Source: Oikopleura dioica (lineage: Eukaryota; Animalia; Chordata). Taken from it: a stretch of DNA of 64,000 nt. The position numbers and the translations under genes are program-made. This document shows, piece after piece, positions 35,832 through 49,799 of this stretch. The DNA lies in the NCBI GenBank assembly GCA_907165135.1, contig OU015569.1, positions 992,001 to 1,056,000 on the forward strand. Direction: 5' to 3'. The notes below the pieces were generated by a model. The model was not told the origin of the DNA and searched no databases. It saw nothing but the letters and a program-made list of their open reading frames with translations. Each line of letters opens with the position of its first letter. The first letter of the stretch is position 1.

Positions 35832-37616
35832 CGCCGGACGGATCATAAATCGGTGAAAGAAAAAATTTTGTTGAATTTGCTCTCAATCAGTCTCGCTCAA
35901 ATACCCAAATTGAGGCGGTTCCGATTTTTCATTTTGCCTGATCGTGTGACCTCGAAAATTGTCGGCGAGGGGAGGTTGAGTGTTCGCGTGTGTCCAAATC
36001 GTGAGCACTTTTCACAGCTCGGCGCAAATCAACTTTCGCCGCTGATACTCTGCCCGCTATCATAAGGAGGGCTCCTTTGTAGGCCTCGATAAGGCTCTTC
36101 GATTTTTGAGAAAGAGATAGAGGAGGACACTCAGAGATTGATCCAACCCACCCGCCGTACAATATCGACGACACAGACGAACAGGTAAAAAATCCGCAAA
36201 AAGAGCTTTATAATATGAACAGAGAACTGAGCAAATCGATGATCAGCGTGCTAGAAATGCCAGTATCAGAGTCCTGGTAGGTCCATTAATTATCATACTT
36301 CATTACGAACAAGGTTGTCAACACGAAGAGCCCGTGCTCCCTTTGAACTTTTTCTTGAAAAAATCGGCTTTCGGTTTTTGATCTTTTTTATGAGAGGAAG
36401 AACGGCCCGTCCTCATTTTATTTTTTCATTTTTAGAAATAAGCAAAATGATGATAGGAAATAGGCGAATCTCTTTTTACCTTATTTTCCGCGAATTTTTA
36501 GTAAGAGATTGGTAAAGAACCCGAATTAGATACGATTCTTGAGGCAGCGGAAGATTCCGATTATATTTCGGACACTTTCGAGGATGGGTAAGTTTTTGGG
36601 AAGATTTTCTTTATCGGGATTTTCGGAAAAAGCGAACTCTATTTTTACAGTCATTTCTGGATTGTGGCCATCTTCCAACACGCTCTTGCGTAGCTCTGAT
36701 TAGCGCAAAAGCGTTTGTCTGTATTTGGCAAGTGGCAAGCTCTTTTTGGACTGAAACGTAGTTCTGTGAACGAGCCTGCACTCACATTCTCTAAGCACGA
36801 CAGCTCAGCAAAATTTCCACACACCTTTTTTGCGCCTTCAGTAAATGATCCACAGGCGTTGCGATAACACCTAGCAAAGCCTAAATTTGATCCGGAAACG
36901 AGGGATTAGCCGGATTACCAGAGAGGAAAAACGCGAGAAAGTAGTGGAAAGAAGAAGCAGTGAAAAACTAGTGAAATGAAGCAGCAAACGATTTCAGGAA
37001 TGTGGCTCACTCCGTCGACTCTCATTCCAACGCGAATATTTGTTAATGAGAAGCACAGTAAGAGACGAAAGCTACGATGATAAATCCCTCAACGTTCGGT
37101 GCTGCGGCCGGTCCCGGAACAAACAGCGCGAAGGGACTGACAGTCGCACGCGTCGATCGAAAAGGAATCGAGTAATCACCGTTTTTATTGTTGTTCCCAC
37201 GAAATTTTCCCTTGACAGCGCTCGTAAATCCTCCGGGAAGGGACCACTTTCTTTCGCGGAAATGCACTAAGCGCTCATAATCCAGCATTAGGGGTTGACT
37301 TTTGAGTTCTTGGATATTTTTGAATTTGTTTTGTTTGAAAAAACATTTATGACATTCGAAAGTGAGGAAAGTTGCATTAATCGAAGTTCTCCCGAGGACC
37401 GACAGCTAAGGGACGACAGCGATCTTCAGCGAGCTTCATATTCGTACACAGCTAAGAATCGAAGCAGCAGGCCATGGTGGGTGGAGACACCGCTAGTTTA
37501 TTGTCGCTAGGGATGAGAAATTCACTCGTGCTCCTCGTAACGCCGAGAAAATAGTAAAAAAACGAACATTTTCTCATCTAAAGCTGCTGCCAAGAACAGC
37601 TAACGACGGTCACGAC

Positions 37617-39820
37617 CAGGGCTGGTAAATTCGCGTCCTAAAATCTGTCGAAAATTTTTAGTGCACTAAAATTAGTGCGCGAATTTATTTTGTCGAGACT
37701 TTAGTGACTTTCGCGTCTCTTTCGCGTGTGTCTCGAAAAGTGTCGAAAATAAGGGCTGCTGATTGGCCCGCCAATGAGCGCGGACACTTTAATTCGGAAG
37801 AATACGTAAGTTTGAGAATTTCAAACTTCGTTAATATAAGAATTTCAAAAGTTTGGTTTCAATAAAGTGGACTGGGTAATCGAGGGGGTAAATTTTAATA
37901 TAGAGTCAAAAAGACTTTATCAATCGATTTGTTAATTTTCTTTAAAATATAAAGTTACAAATATAGGCTTTATTATATAGCCTATATTATATAGGGAAAA
38001 ATAAAATTCAATCTTTGTTTGTTCTCTCTTTCTGTGCTGGATTTGAATGATAAGCTTCGACTCTTAGCCTAAATTAGCTTTCTTAGGGAGGTCTTCTCCC
38101 TAATTTTTTTATTGAAGGGCCACCCGCAGCTTGTTCTTCCTGCTTTTTCCCTTTCTTTTCAATCTTCTTCTTGTCGTCGCTCGACTAATCTTCGGTGTCC
38201 TCAAAATTCTGCAGCTGGAGCAGCCTTGTGCGAGTTGTTAATATAACAAAATAATATTTATTTCACAATTCATAAGGAGATCTTCTCCCAATTTCATGCT
38301 TACTTTATAATTCAGAAAGCAGATTTACTCCCGATACATTTTACTCTAAAAATTAACACTGCTATATCCTAGAAGACTAAAAAAACTTTGGGAGGAGTTC
38401 TTCATTAGCAGTTATCAAGTAAGCGTGAATTTGGGAGGAGACCTCCCTTCTAAATTATCAAATTAATATGATTCTGTGAATAAAGAATTAAATAAAGATA
38501 CTGAGAAGAGCTCTTGGACCACGAAAGTAGAACGTATCAGTCAAGGCTGCTCCAGCTTCAGAGACTGTTGAGGACAGCGATGAGAAGTTGTCGGACGATG
38601 ACAAGAAGAAGAAAGGCAAAAAATGAAGAAAAGCAGGAAGATCTAGCTGCGGATTTTTGTTATTGACTCTTGTGGGAGAAGACCTCCCCAGAGTTCGAAA
38701 TTTTCTCCCGCGCCCCCAAGATATTTGGATATTCTTTCCCCCGCTCCCTCGAGATTTTCTCGTGATCTTTCTCCCTCCCCCGCTCCCGCCCTAAATTTTC
38801 ATGCCTTCTTCCCGCCCCTTCCCGCGCCGCGAAAACTCAAAAATGCTCCCGCGGGGCTGCGGGAGCAGCGGGGAAGAAGCTTTTAAAGGTCTCAGTCCCG
38901 TTCCTTGGTTTTTAAATTTAAGGGGCTTGACAAAGGTCGGGGAGGTCTGAGTTTATCTATCTCAGTTTCTTCCCCAACCCCACCCACCACCATTCAAATT
39001 GAAAGTTAATATTGTTCATGTTCTTAGCTTTGTTTTGGTTTTTATTTATTTTTTCAATTTTATTTCTCAATTGTCGAATTATCTAAGGGGCCTGACTCAG
39101 GCTTCTTCCTACGTGAAGACCTTTTAAACCAGCTCTCACGTTGACTTTTCTTTCCCGCGGGCTTCCGCGGGAGCAAAAGGAGGGGGAATCCTTCCCGCGC
39201 CCCCGCTCCCGCGCAAATTTTCAGGGAGACCCTCGACTCGCCGGGATTTTCGCCTGACCCTCGACTCGCCGGGAAAAATATGCAGACAGAACCCCGACGA
39301 GTCGAGGGTCACCAACCGTAACCCTATCCCTTATCGATTAGCACAATTCCTCAATAGTTACCCTAAACCCTAACCATAAACCCAAGTTATAACCCCTACT
39401 AAACCATTTCTTGGGGAAACATTTGATAAGAAACGATTAAAATATAAAATATTTAAGCGTTAAAAATGGGTATAGTTGGTGATTCTAGCAATCTCTAGAA
39501 TACCCTCGACTCGCCGGGAAAAAATATGCTCAGTCCCGGCGCAAAATTAACAAAAAAAAATTCATTGAACTTGAAAATTTGTCTTCCATGAAGTTGTCCT
39601 CCGAGAAGAGCGCGCTCATTGGATGATGAAAAAGAGCCTCTTTTTTCGCGTCTTTAGTGCTGATCAGCTCTCGAAAAGTCACTAATTTCCCCAAGAGGAA
39701 AAATTAGTGTCATTTTAGTGCACTAAAGGCGCGAAAGACGCGAAAATGTCTCTAAAATAAAATTAGTGCGCTAATTTTTTTTTCTTCGAGAGAAAATAGT
39801 GCGCTAATTAACCAGCCCTG
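37617..39820. mobile_element. 2.2-kb non-autonomous hAT-type element
   Basis: TIR CAGGGCTGGTAAATTCGCG / GCGCTAATTAACCAGCCCTG; exact 8-bp TSD GTCACGAC (37609-37616, 39821-39828); subterminal TTAGTGCACTAA repeats; no transposase. Confidence 0.88.
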
Positions 39821-40566
39821 GTCACGACGCCAGAAAATCATGCCGAACATGTTGACGCTGATGCTATTGCATTTTCAGTCTCGGCTGCGTCTGACAATGG
39901 TTTGGGTGTTCCGGAACTGGTGAAAATTCTCAATAGACATTTTCAGAGTTTAGTCCGTTTCTGACTTGCATGTCTGAAAAGCCAGTGCGAGGATGTGTAC
40001 TTGATGAGCTGAATCCAGGGTTAGTTGCGCTTGTCTTTAGCAAGATTTCTAGCTATTAACAGGATCGTCAAATGTCGACCAAAGAGGGCACCACCGGCTG
40101 TTCCCGCGCGGCTACCACTGGGAACGCCAACCACTAGCCGCGGCTTCACGGAGACTCTGCGGCTTACTCCGAGCGAAGAGAACTTTCAAGACTTTGAAAA
40201 GCAAGAAATTGAATTGAAGGGATCAGGCTCCTCAAGGACAGTGGGTTGGGCTCGTTCAACTTAGCTTTGTTTAACAATACTAAAAGAGCATTCTAAAAAC
40301 TCAGAAAAAGAGTGCTCCAGAATCTATGTGACGCGCACTCCTCAATGGAAAAATCCCTTGCGAACCTTGCCAAATACAGAAACACCGAATTTTTGAATTT
40401 GGCCAAATTCAACAAGTCAGACGATTTTTTGCAAGCATGTTCGATGAGGTGTTCAAAGCTCGATTTTGATAGGAAATAGCTTCTGCTTCATCACTTTTTT
40501 GAACACTTTATGGCCAAGTTCTTCCTCAAAGATTAATTCTTCAACGGCTAACTCTTCTATTTCCAG

Positions 40567-43500
40567 GCTGATGGAGTGTCAACTATGCGGCAACTTTTCA
40601 ATCGACCAGGTAGGCAATATATGTTCGCTCGTACATTTTGGGTTGCTTGAGTAAATAGCTGTATTTACACAGATGCCTACTCAAATTTAGCAAGCAGTTT
40701 ACTGGCATTAACCACCTTTAGCGCGCACTAATGTGTGGACACTCGTTTTGCCTAGCATGCCTCGAGTGCCGAATGGAGAGTACCAAAGCTGTCCAACCCG
40801 ATAGCGAAAACGAAACGAGAGTAGAATGTGCTCAGTGCGGATTATCGACGAAGCTGTCCCTCTCTGTCAGAGATTTGCCAATGGATCCCCTTATCGCGCT
40901 CTACTCGGCAGTTCCTTCGCAGGTATTTCGAATGAAAATGTGGAAAGATTGAGAACTGAATCTAATGGGTGCATTTTCGGATGTTTTCTAGAGATATGGT
41001 TGTTTACTGATGATACAAGAGTCCTGTTTCTAGGGTCACGTGTCGGGAGCGGTGGCGCAGTTGGTACTGACAACCAATTGCGCCTTCCGCGGATAGTAGG
41101 CCCGAGTGAGTTCGAAACCCCCACTATGCAGTCCTTTACAGTCAGTGCATAGTGGAGGGGTTACTGCCATCAATGACTGCCAGTTATCATCAATACTCGT
41201 ATGCCAGAACTCGCTCTAGAAAAACTGTAAAACACTGATCTGCGCCAGATTCAGTTGAACGGTTCTCTCGATTCCCTTCTCCAATCAATCACCGTCGAGA
41301 GTTTTTACTTTTTTCTCCAGAAATAAAGCTAGAATCTTCAGCATATGAACGACATGACGTTGGACGAGATTGCATTGCCAAACTGCGACATCTGTCCAGA
41401 GAACGTCAGCTCGCGTGGAACTCACAAATGCATCGAATGTTCCGACTGGCTATGCAGCGAATGTGCTCTCTTTCACTGCCGGACAAAACTAACCCGTGGC
41501 CACATGGTCCTCACAATGGAGCAAATCAAGACAGGAAAACACGACGAAGAAATAAGAAGTCGCGCGAAAGTATTTTGTCAAGAGCATCCGTCAGAAGAGA
41601 CGAAACTATTTTGCCTCGACTGTAACAAATCGGTTTGCCAGTTCTGCAGCGGACATCAAAGACACAAGGAAGTCTTCGTCAAAGACGCCATGGCGGAAAA
41701 ACTCGCTGAGTTTGAAACAAGCCTGGCTGATGTTCATCGAAAAGCGGAACTTCTCAGAGCCGAGCTGAAGCACATGACTCGCATTGAAGAGCAGCTAGTT
41801 CTCGAGAAAAATAAAGCTCTGAGAGAATCTCAAACAATTGCTCAAGATGCTCACAGTGCCATCGACAGCTGGCTGGAAAGAATCGTTGCAGAGATAGACT
41901 CGCAGTACAATCACGACCTCGATGATTGCAAGGAGAAGCGAGAGGTTTTGACATCTCGCGATCGTCAATTGCGTCGCTGTGGGGACTTTATTTCGCGCGT
42001 CGTTCAGATCGGGACACCGAACGAAATCATTCAGCTTCAGCGCGCTAGAAATGCGATAGACAGCCTTCTTTCCAACTCAAACATAGATATTCCTTCAAAC
42101 TCGACAATCTACCATGTCAATCATGCAGAAAGACTGATGGATATTGATCTCGGAACATTTGAAGTCGTTCCTCCAGAGATTTCAAACGTCGAGGATTTCT
42201 CTTGCGAGACACCTACTCAACTGAAAACGCAAACCGTCGAACTCAAACGGCCTGACAGCATTCATTCTTCAGGCAGCGATTCTGGAATCACAGAAGAGCC
42301 ACCCCGACTGCCCCCGAAAAACCATCCGAAGTCCGTCCAACTCGTCTCTGCAGCCAAAGCAAGACACACACGAGGTGCTGCATCTCCCACCAAAATCCGC
42401 CAGCCCATCTTGTTCGAACAAGAAACCGTCCCCGGAACCCGTCGCTCCTCTGCCAAAACCTCCGAGCAAAAATGTCAAGCAAATTGTTCTGAAAAATCCT
42501 TCTGTGCGGTTGTTTATGAAACTCGGCGATTTTGAAAAGGACGTCACTCTTGGTTCCTCGCCGCTGATCGAGGTCTCCCGCACTGGGGAAATTTTCCTCC
42601 TTGATCTCCAAAACGCCAAGTTGATTATTTATAATCAGAAGGGCAAACTCTTGCGGCATTTTAAATTTGCCTTGAAAGGAGTTCCCTTCGAGCCCACTTC
42701 CTTCTGTCTTTACGGCGATAAATTGGCTCTAACATATGAGGACTCTTTGGTTCTTGCTTCTCCTATTGACGGCCATATTCTCAAGTAAGAATGAGCAATA
42801 TTATTTTCATTAACTTTTAGACGCGTCGTGGATGGCGGTATCGCTAGACCAACAGCCATTACAAGCTGCTACAAGAAAAAGGAGCTTTTTGTTTTCGACT
42901 CTTCCAATCAAAAAATAACAATTATGACTGAAAATGGGCGATTTTTATCTCAAGTAAGAGAGAAAAACGAGAAAAGTGAAACAAAGCAAAATATTTTTCA
43001 GCTTTCGACTGCACATTCAAACGACACAACCCTACCTCAATGCTCTTGCCTGATTCAGCTGAAAGATGAACTGCTCATGCTCGACTCTGCGAATAACAGT
43101 ATAAAGATATTCACCTCAAAATCGAAAGGCTCTTCGTTCTCCCGCATTCTTCATCCGTCTGGTTTAGATGTTAGTTCTCTTATGGACTATTTTTATTTAC
43201 TATGTTTTTCAGGAAATCAGCGGAATGACCTTGTCCCCCGACAATAATCTGTATATATCGAATTGCTGGACACAAAGCATCCTCAAAGTTGACCAAAACA
43301 CCTCAGAAACCGCCATTCTTGCCGACAGTAAACGAATAAATCTGAAACCCTGAAAACTCTCATTTTAGGAAATTGCGGCCTCGACTTTCCGAAAATCTTC
43401 AGATTTTTTAACGACAGACTCATTGTTGCTGAAGAATTTTCAAGCACCGTGAAAATTTTCGTCGTTGAAGGTATTTTTTTTTGTTTTTTTAGTAGTTGAA

Positions 43501-43792
43501 TATTTGAATTGAATAGAATGCACGGAAGATTCAAAATGCGTCGATGATATCCTCGAAGAAACCGACAAAATATGCTCGAATATGAACAAACAGAGCAAAA
43601 ACACGAACCAAAACAGTAATTTGCCGCCGCATGAAAACATTTTAAAAAAGGCAAATTTTTCGATTATTTGATCGGAAATTTTAATGAAATTTTATTCAGG
43701 GAGACAGCAGTGCAAAGAAGAAAAAGAAAGTTACGTTTCCGGAGAATTTCAACTCGATCTTGAGAAGACACGAGCATGTGATTGAGCTGTAA
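40567..43792 (+). CDS. TRIM-NHL-type E3 ligase (RING, B-box1, B-box2, coiled coil, beta-propeller-like C-terminus)
   Basis: Spliced RING CQLC-x11-CGHSFCLAC...CAQC; B-boxes CDIC...CIECSDWLCSECALFH and CQEH...FCLDCNKSVCQFC; coiled coil; NHL-like repeats at 42500-43470; true start unknown. Confidence 0.8.
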
Positions 43793-43979
43793 AATATGTC
43801 GGAATTTACTCAAGCCTGGTGAGAGTCACCGTGTCGTTCCTGAAATATGTAATATAGTTACTGTTACTTGCCGTCTTGAATAAATAGTTTTACCGAAGAA
43901 GGAAATTTAAACGCGTTGCTATTGGATTTGGCGGAAGTTGGGCCGCCATCCGGAATACTGTCGTAACCGGCCGTCGGCA

Positions 43980-44816
43980 GTGGTGTAGAAATAGAGCTAC
44001 AGTTTGCGTTACCTTCGTGCAAACAAAAAATACGAATAGTACCTCAAGAATCCGTCCGAAGCAGTCTCTTCAGTGAGATTCTCAAGCTGTTGAGTCTTTC
44101 GGTAATCGTCAATAAGAGAGTTTCTCTTCGTGGTTCTTGAATTTCTCCTCGAGCTCTCTGGCTGCTGCATCGAAACCATTGATCCTCGCTGGGAAGAAAA
44201 CCTGCGATTTTGACCCAGCTTTTGTCCAATTTCTTCCATTCGTTGCAAGACTTCGCTTTGCTGCCCAGTTCCGTTGGCAAGTGGAATTTGGGGGAGAGTG
44301 TGAATCGAAGCCCCGTAGTTGGTTGTGCCCTGATTATTTATGTCTTCGTCTTTGCCGACTTCAGGGTCATCTTTGCATCCACAGTAAACGAAGCACTTGG
44401 ATTGTTTTTTATCAAAAATTTTCATAAAAATTTTTCAATTACATTTGAGCAAGTAATAATTGCAGCTCCTTTCATTTTGCTTTCATTGCCGAAAATTTGG
44501 TCGAGACTTCTTTCTCTGCTGTTACATTTTTCGCAGGTTTCTTCACTCTCCGAGTCTTCGTACTTGATATTGCAAATGATGTAGAAGCCGTATGCAAATG
44601 CTATTATTGATGTCGAAATACGCATACAGAGAGCTGCATCATAATATTAAAGAGCAGTTCGACTCTTTTCCTAATATCATCGGCAAAACATAGCAAACAA
44701 GTGTTATTAAAATCGACAATGCGGCCCCCGAAGCCATAGTTTTCTTCTCTTTCTTCTCTTTCTCTCTGTAAAAGACGAGTTGCCGAGAAAGCTATTCGAC
44801 TAAACATACATCTCAT
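43980..44816 (-). CDS. Uncharacterised protein with one hydrophobic segment
   Basis: Adjacent minus-strand ORFs joined by an AT-rich intron-like gap (44378-44424); no family recognised. Confidence 0.3.
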
Positions 44817-45093
44817 AAGGAACTATAAAATTTCCGGACACAAAGCGCGTGTGATTCAGCTGCAAAGAAGCTCGAATTTATTCTGAAATGTCAGATAACT
44901 TGAATCAGCTGCTTCAGCGGTATTGCAAAAGTTTGTAAAGTAAAGTTAAAAAAGGTGATGGCAAGATATGGAAAGAGGTGTGGTCAGATTTGGAATATTC
45001 GTTCGTTTTCTCGGTATTTTAAAACGGTGGTTCTCCTGTCAGATCGATATGAAGAGCCATCATTTGAATCGTCATGAAGTCGGCTTTTATGGT

Positions 45094-47750
45094 TTATTTT
45101 TCAAGTAACATATTAGACGTTTTAGTAGTATAAACCTCTCCTTCTCCGACAGGATCATTATGCTCGACAGCGAACCGTGTTGGGGAATTTGCAGTGCACA
45201 AAGCTTCCAGAATCGCCGACGTCTGATCCATCAGCTCATCACCAGTACTAGCTGTGAACACATTCCCACCTTCGTTGTCAGCAACGGTCATAAGAGTCAT
45301 AAAGTTAACAAAGCCATTGAGACCAAAGCCGACGGCAACCACTTCTACACCAGCATTGGTGATATTTGCAGCGTTTCCTCCAATCGCAGCCGGATCAAAA
45401 GAATCAAATCCATCAGAGACAAAGATCATTACATCTGGAACATCGTCAGTCGTATTCATGGTACTCAACGCAGTTATCAGTCCTTCGTTTATATCAGTAA
45501 GGCCGCCCACCCAATCGATACTATTTACTGCGCTCATGATTTGAAGCTCATTATAATGGCCCATCGGAAGGTCAATGACAGCATCATCTGAGAACGAGCT
45601 TATGGATAATTGAACTTGGTTAACAGTGTCGAACTCGTTTAGTAGAGCTTCGAAAAATGCAAAAGTATCCGCATCTTTGTTCGGATTCGAAGCAATAGTC
45701 CCGGAAACGTCCATAAGCACTGCTAAGTCGAGACGGCCCGTTAACGTAGCTGGGCAGACAACATCGCAGAATTCACCTGCCCATCCTGGCTGACATTGAC
45801 AATCTGAAACAGTGGAATTGATTGCCACACATGTGGAATTATTCAAGCAAGGGGAAGGGACGCATATTGGTGCGATTGTTGTGGTAGGAAGAATGGTCGT
45901 AGTTGAAGTCGTGGTAGTCGTTGTAGTCGTCGTTGTCGTAGTCGTTGTTGTTGTCGTAGTTGTAGTTGTCGTAGTCGTTGTCGTAGTTGTCGTAGTTGTG
46001 GTTGTTGTAGTCGTGCTTGTAGTCGTAGTAGACGTTGTAGTGGTCGTAAAGGTCGTAGTCCTAGTCGTGGTTGTGGTACTTGTTGTCGTTGTAGTGAAAG
46101 TTGTCGTTGTCACAGTTTTTGTTGTAGTTGTCGTTGAAGGACTTGGTGTTGTCGTCGCGGGGGGACCTGGCGGAGCAGTAGTTGAAGGTTCTGTTGGCAC
46201 GGCAGTTGTTGTGTTTGGAGGGTTTGGGGGACCTGTCGTTGATGGTCCGGGTGGCCCTAACGTTGTTGTTCCGGGCGGTCCAGGAGGAGCTGTTGTCGAA
46301 GGCACTGGAGGACCCATTGTTGTTGTTCCGGGAGGTCCTGGTGGAGCTGTAGTTGACGGACCTGGTGGTTGGACGGTTGTTGACCCTGGAGGATTTGGTG
46401 GATCTGTAGTTGTGACAGGAGGGCCTGTCGTTGATGGTCCGGATGGCCCTAACGTCGTTGTTCCGGGCGGTCCAGGAGGAGCTGTTGTCGAAGGCGCTGG
46501 AGGATCCATTGTAGTTGTTCCGGGAGGTCCTGGTGGAGCTGTAGTTGACGTATCAGGTGGTTGGACGGTTGTTGTCCCTGGAGGATTTGATGGAGCTGTA
46601 GTTGTGACAGGAGGGCCTGTCGTTGATGGTCCGGGTGGCCCTAACGTCGTTGTTCCTGGCGGTACAGGAGGAGCTGTTGTTGAAGGCGCTGGAGGACCCA
46701 TTGTTGTTGTTCCGGGAGGATTTGGTGGAGCTGTAGTTGAGACAGGAGGACCCGTCGTTGATGGTCCTGGTGGTCCTAACGTCGTTGTTCCGGGCGGTCC
46801 AGGGGGAGCTGTTGTTGTTGGAGGCATTGGTGGACCAATTGTTGTTGTTATTGGAGGACCTGGTGGAGCTGTAGTTGAAGGTCCTAATGGTCCTGCAGTT
46901 GTTGTTCCAGGAGGATTCGGCGGAGCTGTTGTTGTAGTTCCTGGTGGACCTATTGTAGTCGTTCCAGGCGGACCTGGAGTGGTTGTTGTGGGTCCAGGAG
47001 TTGAAAGAGTTGATGTTGAAAGTGGTCCTCCTGTTGTGGAAGAAATCGGAGGATCAGTTGTTGGCGCAAGAGTAGAGCAGGTCCCGATTGCAGATACTCG
47101 GCCATCACAACATTCCATAAACAACGGATTTAAGGTCTTGCCACCACAACATGTTTTGCTTGACGATGAATATGGAAATCGTGTAGGGTATTCTCCGCAG
47201 CACTGGTCTTTCTTTTCTCTGTCAATATGCCCGATTGGAACACATGATAATTCTCTATTGAATCCAGCCGAGAGCGCATGAGACTGGTCGAATGAAGTGA
47301 TAATTTCGTAGATTCTGTGTATCATTTCTATGTCACAAAGACACTGGTTCTGTTCTTGCACACTATTCTGAGCTTCTTCACAGTAAAACCGCTGCTTATT
47401 ATCGGGAGAATGAAGTCCCAGATCGTAGGTAACGGCGGCGTTCCAATCGACTTGATGATCAATTTGAGCGCAGAGCTCGCATCGGTGCCAGTCACGACAT
47501 ACTTTATCAATAGCAGACTGGGGACGCCCCTTGAGTCCACTGAACGAATTGAAAGTACACCAGCAACCACTTGAAAAGATCTCTTCAATCGAAAACGGTA
47601 AACTAACGAAGGTTTTTTCAACATATCGACTATATCTAAGATTTCTAAGACTTTCTCAAACCAATCTTGTTCCATCTTTTGCAACGTAAATTCGAAGTAT
47701 AGCTTCTGCAAGTTGTTGTCGCGTCTTCGCAGCTCTGAGATCGAATCCGA
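45094..47750 (-). CDS. Secreted mosaic: PLA2-like domain, Pro/Thr mucin repeats, EGF, vWA
   Basis: Frame is open upstream of the listed ORF: SGCWC...GRPQSAIDKVCRDWHRCELC...QCLCD, CCGEYPTRFPY, TTAPPGPPG repeats, poly-Thr, EGF CVPSPCLNNSTC, vWA DLAVLMDVSGTI; 5' end unresolved. Confidence 0.85.
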
Positions 47751-48147
47751 ACGATAACCGAGTTAAAATTCCTATAAAAAGTATTCCTCTCAAAGCATCG
47801 AAGCGAAAAAGCATCTTTGCATTTGCGACTATCTCAAAATATGAAGCAAGGCGACTAGGTAGGGTAGACTCTAATGCCGACCTTAAATAACTTTATCAGT
47901 TATTCAGGAGTAAAACTGAATATTTGAAGTTCAGAGCGATAACTTTGCGCGTCTAGCAAGTTCACGCGCCGAAGATTCTTCGGCAAAAAGGTCAGTTTTA
48001 CAACTTTAAGCATAGAGGTGAAAGTATATCTTGGCAAGTTGCGAGCGTTTGAATAAACGACACTGCCTTTAAAATTACATAAATGTGCGAAGAAACGAAA
48101 GCACTAAAAATCTGCGCGTAAAAAATATTTCGTCAAAAGTAAAAAAA

Positions 48148-48717
48148 ATGAGGCAATTTTTTCGACAATTTTTCTGATGATTGGTCTTTTTCGCGACACT
48201 TCAGTCAAGGCCTCGTTGAAGTTGGATTGTGATGTGGACTCGTGTGTCAGCTGTACAATATTGAACTTTAAAAAGGAAGAGTATGACGAAGGTAAGCTAC
48301 TTTTCGGAAAAACAGAATCAAAAAGAGAGGAAACTTTTGAAGGACTGGCGCTTTTCTGTGACAAGATCCTCGGCTGCTGTTTCGACACTTTTGGCGACAA
48401 GCTGGACAATGTGATCGGCGACTACGAAGGTAAAGTATTTTCTCGAGCCCCCTACGGATAAGTATTTTTAGCACTCAAGCGGAAAGAGCTGACTCCTGAA
48501 ATGAAGAAATATCTACATCAGAAGATGAAAGGGCCGTCTGAGAAAGTCATTGAAGTCAAAGAAGATCAAGGTACTCGTTTTTTTACAAGAAATATTGAGC
48601 CTGAACATACGACGGTATCTAGACGGAAACATTATCTATGGGGTTTACTCAGAAGACGTCGACGAAGAAGAAAACAACAAATTTAAGCTTGGAGCAAAAC
48701 ATGTCGACGAATTATGA
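48148..48717 (+). CDS. Small putative secreted protein with six cysteines
   Basis: Three GT-AG introns keep frame; signal-like MRQFFSTIFLMIGLF needs one extra T in a T-run; Cys pattern C-x4-C-x2-C ... C-x5-CC. Confidence 0.5.
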
Positions 48718-49799
48718 AAATAAAAATTCATTCTAGTGCATTTTAAGCGAAGGATCCTTGGGACCCTCTTACGATTAAATCAGCCTGTTTGTGAAGCATT
48801 CCAGAAATTGCATTTTATCGGTTTGTTCACGATGCGAGCTTCGGTAATTGATATTCGTCCCTGAATGCTTATCTGTTTTCAGCTGCGCATACATAAACTA
48901 TACGCATTTTGGGCAAAGAGTACTTCATGCAATCTTATGTATACAAAAATGTTTACCATCATAATTTTTCATCTCCAAAAAATTCTACGCCAAGAATCCA
49001 CAACACAATGAACAAAGTGTTTCTAAATTTTAGGGAATATTTTTTGCCTATTTTCTACTAAGAACCTAAAATACTGTTGTGCAGGAAGGGCAAGATGACA
49101 TCATATCATTCACGTTAATTATAAAACTAGTGGTGGCTTTAATAATATTTGTCCGGGTCTCATGAGCATAAGAAGATTCCAGACTAGACTTGGGCATATC
49201 TCCAATCGCCAAATTGTCGGAGGCGGAAAAATATTTAGGCTAAGAACACTCTGCTAAGATTTTTTTCTACCAAATCTAGATATAATACTTCTTGAAACTC
49301 TTGTAAGGCCACTCGCCACTAAGTGTGATGGTCTTTTTCTGTATTTCTTATTTTTATTTAGAGTTTCATGAGTTTTCATGAAAAGTTTTCATTTAAAACT
49401 TTATGGCTTTTTTGTACTAGAAAATAATTTTTAGAAAAAAATTATTTTTTTTTTATTTTTTTTATATTTTTTATTCATTTTTTTGGAAAATAAAAGGGAC
49501 AGGTTGGGTTTTCTTTGAGCAAAATAGCAGTAATTCACGATTTCAGGCGATAATTGAACACGTTGTGTGCACGGCGGCCCGTAAAAACAGTGATTGACCC
49601 AGCAGGTCACTTCAGCTAATTCAATTCGCTGACAGTCTGACAGATGCCACTCGCGTGTTTACCATCTAATGCACCATTCGTAAGGCGGTATAAAAGTGTC
49701 TTCTTCTTCGTTTCCAGCGAAATCGGAGCCGCCCAGGCTGGAGATACAAATAAACGTGTGCGGAAAAGAATCCTAATCCAGCTGAGCTCAGTGTTACTT

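Noticed and set aside
45812-47281. 489-aa Val/Gly-rich ORF on the + strand
   Set aside because: Antisense shadow of Thr/Pro codons (ACN/CCN complement to NGT/NGG, which are never stops).
22809-48165. Frameshifts in NKRF (22809), RMDN1 (24088, 24552), WDR3 (26654), NTHL1 (30948) and the 48148 gene, suggesting programmed frameshifting or pseudogenes
   Set aside because: Each is fixed by adding one base to a homopolymer run, there is no shared slippery motif, and WDR3 is essential. This pattern fits long-read consensus error; polishing with short reads would settle it.
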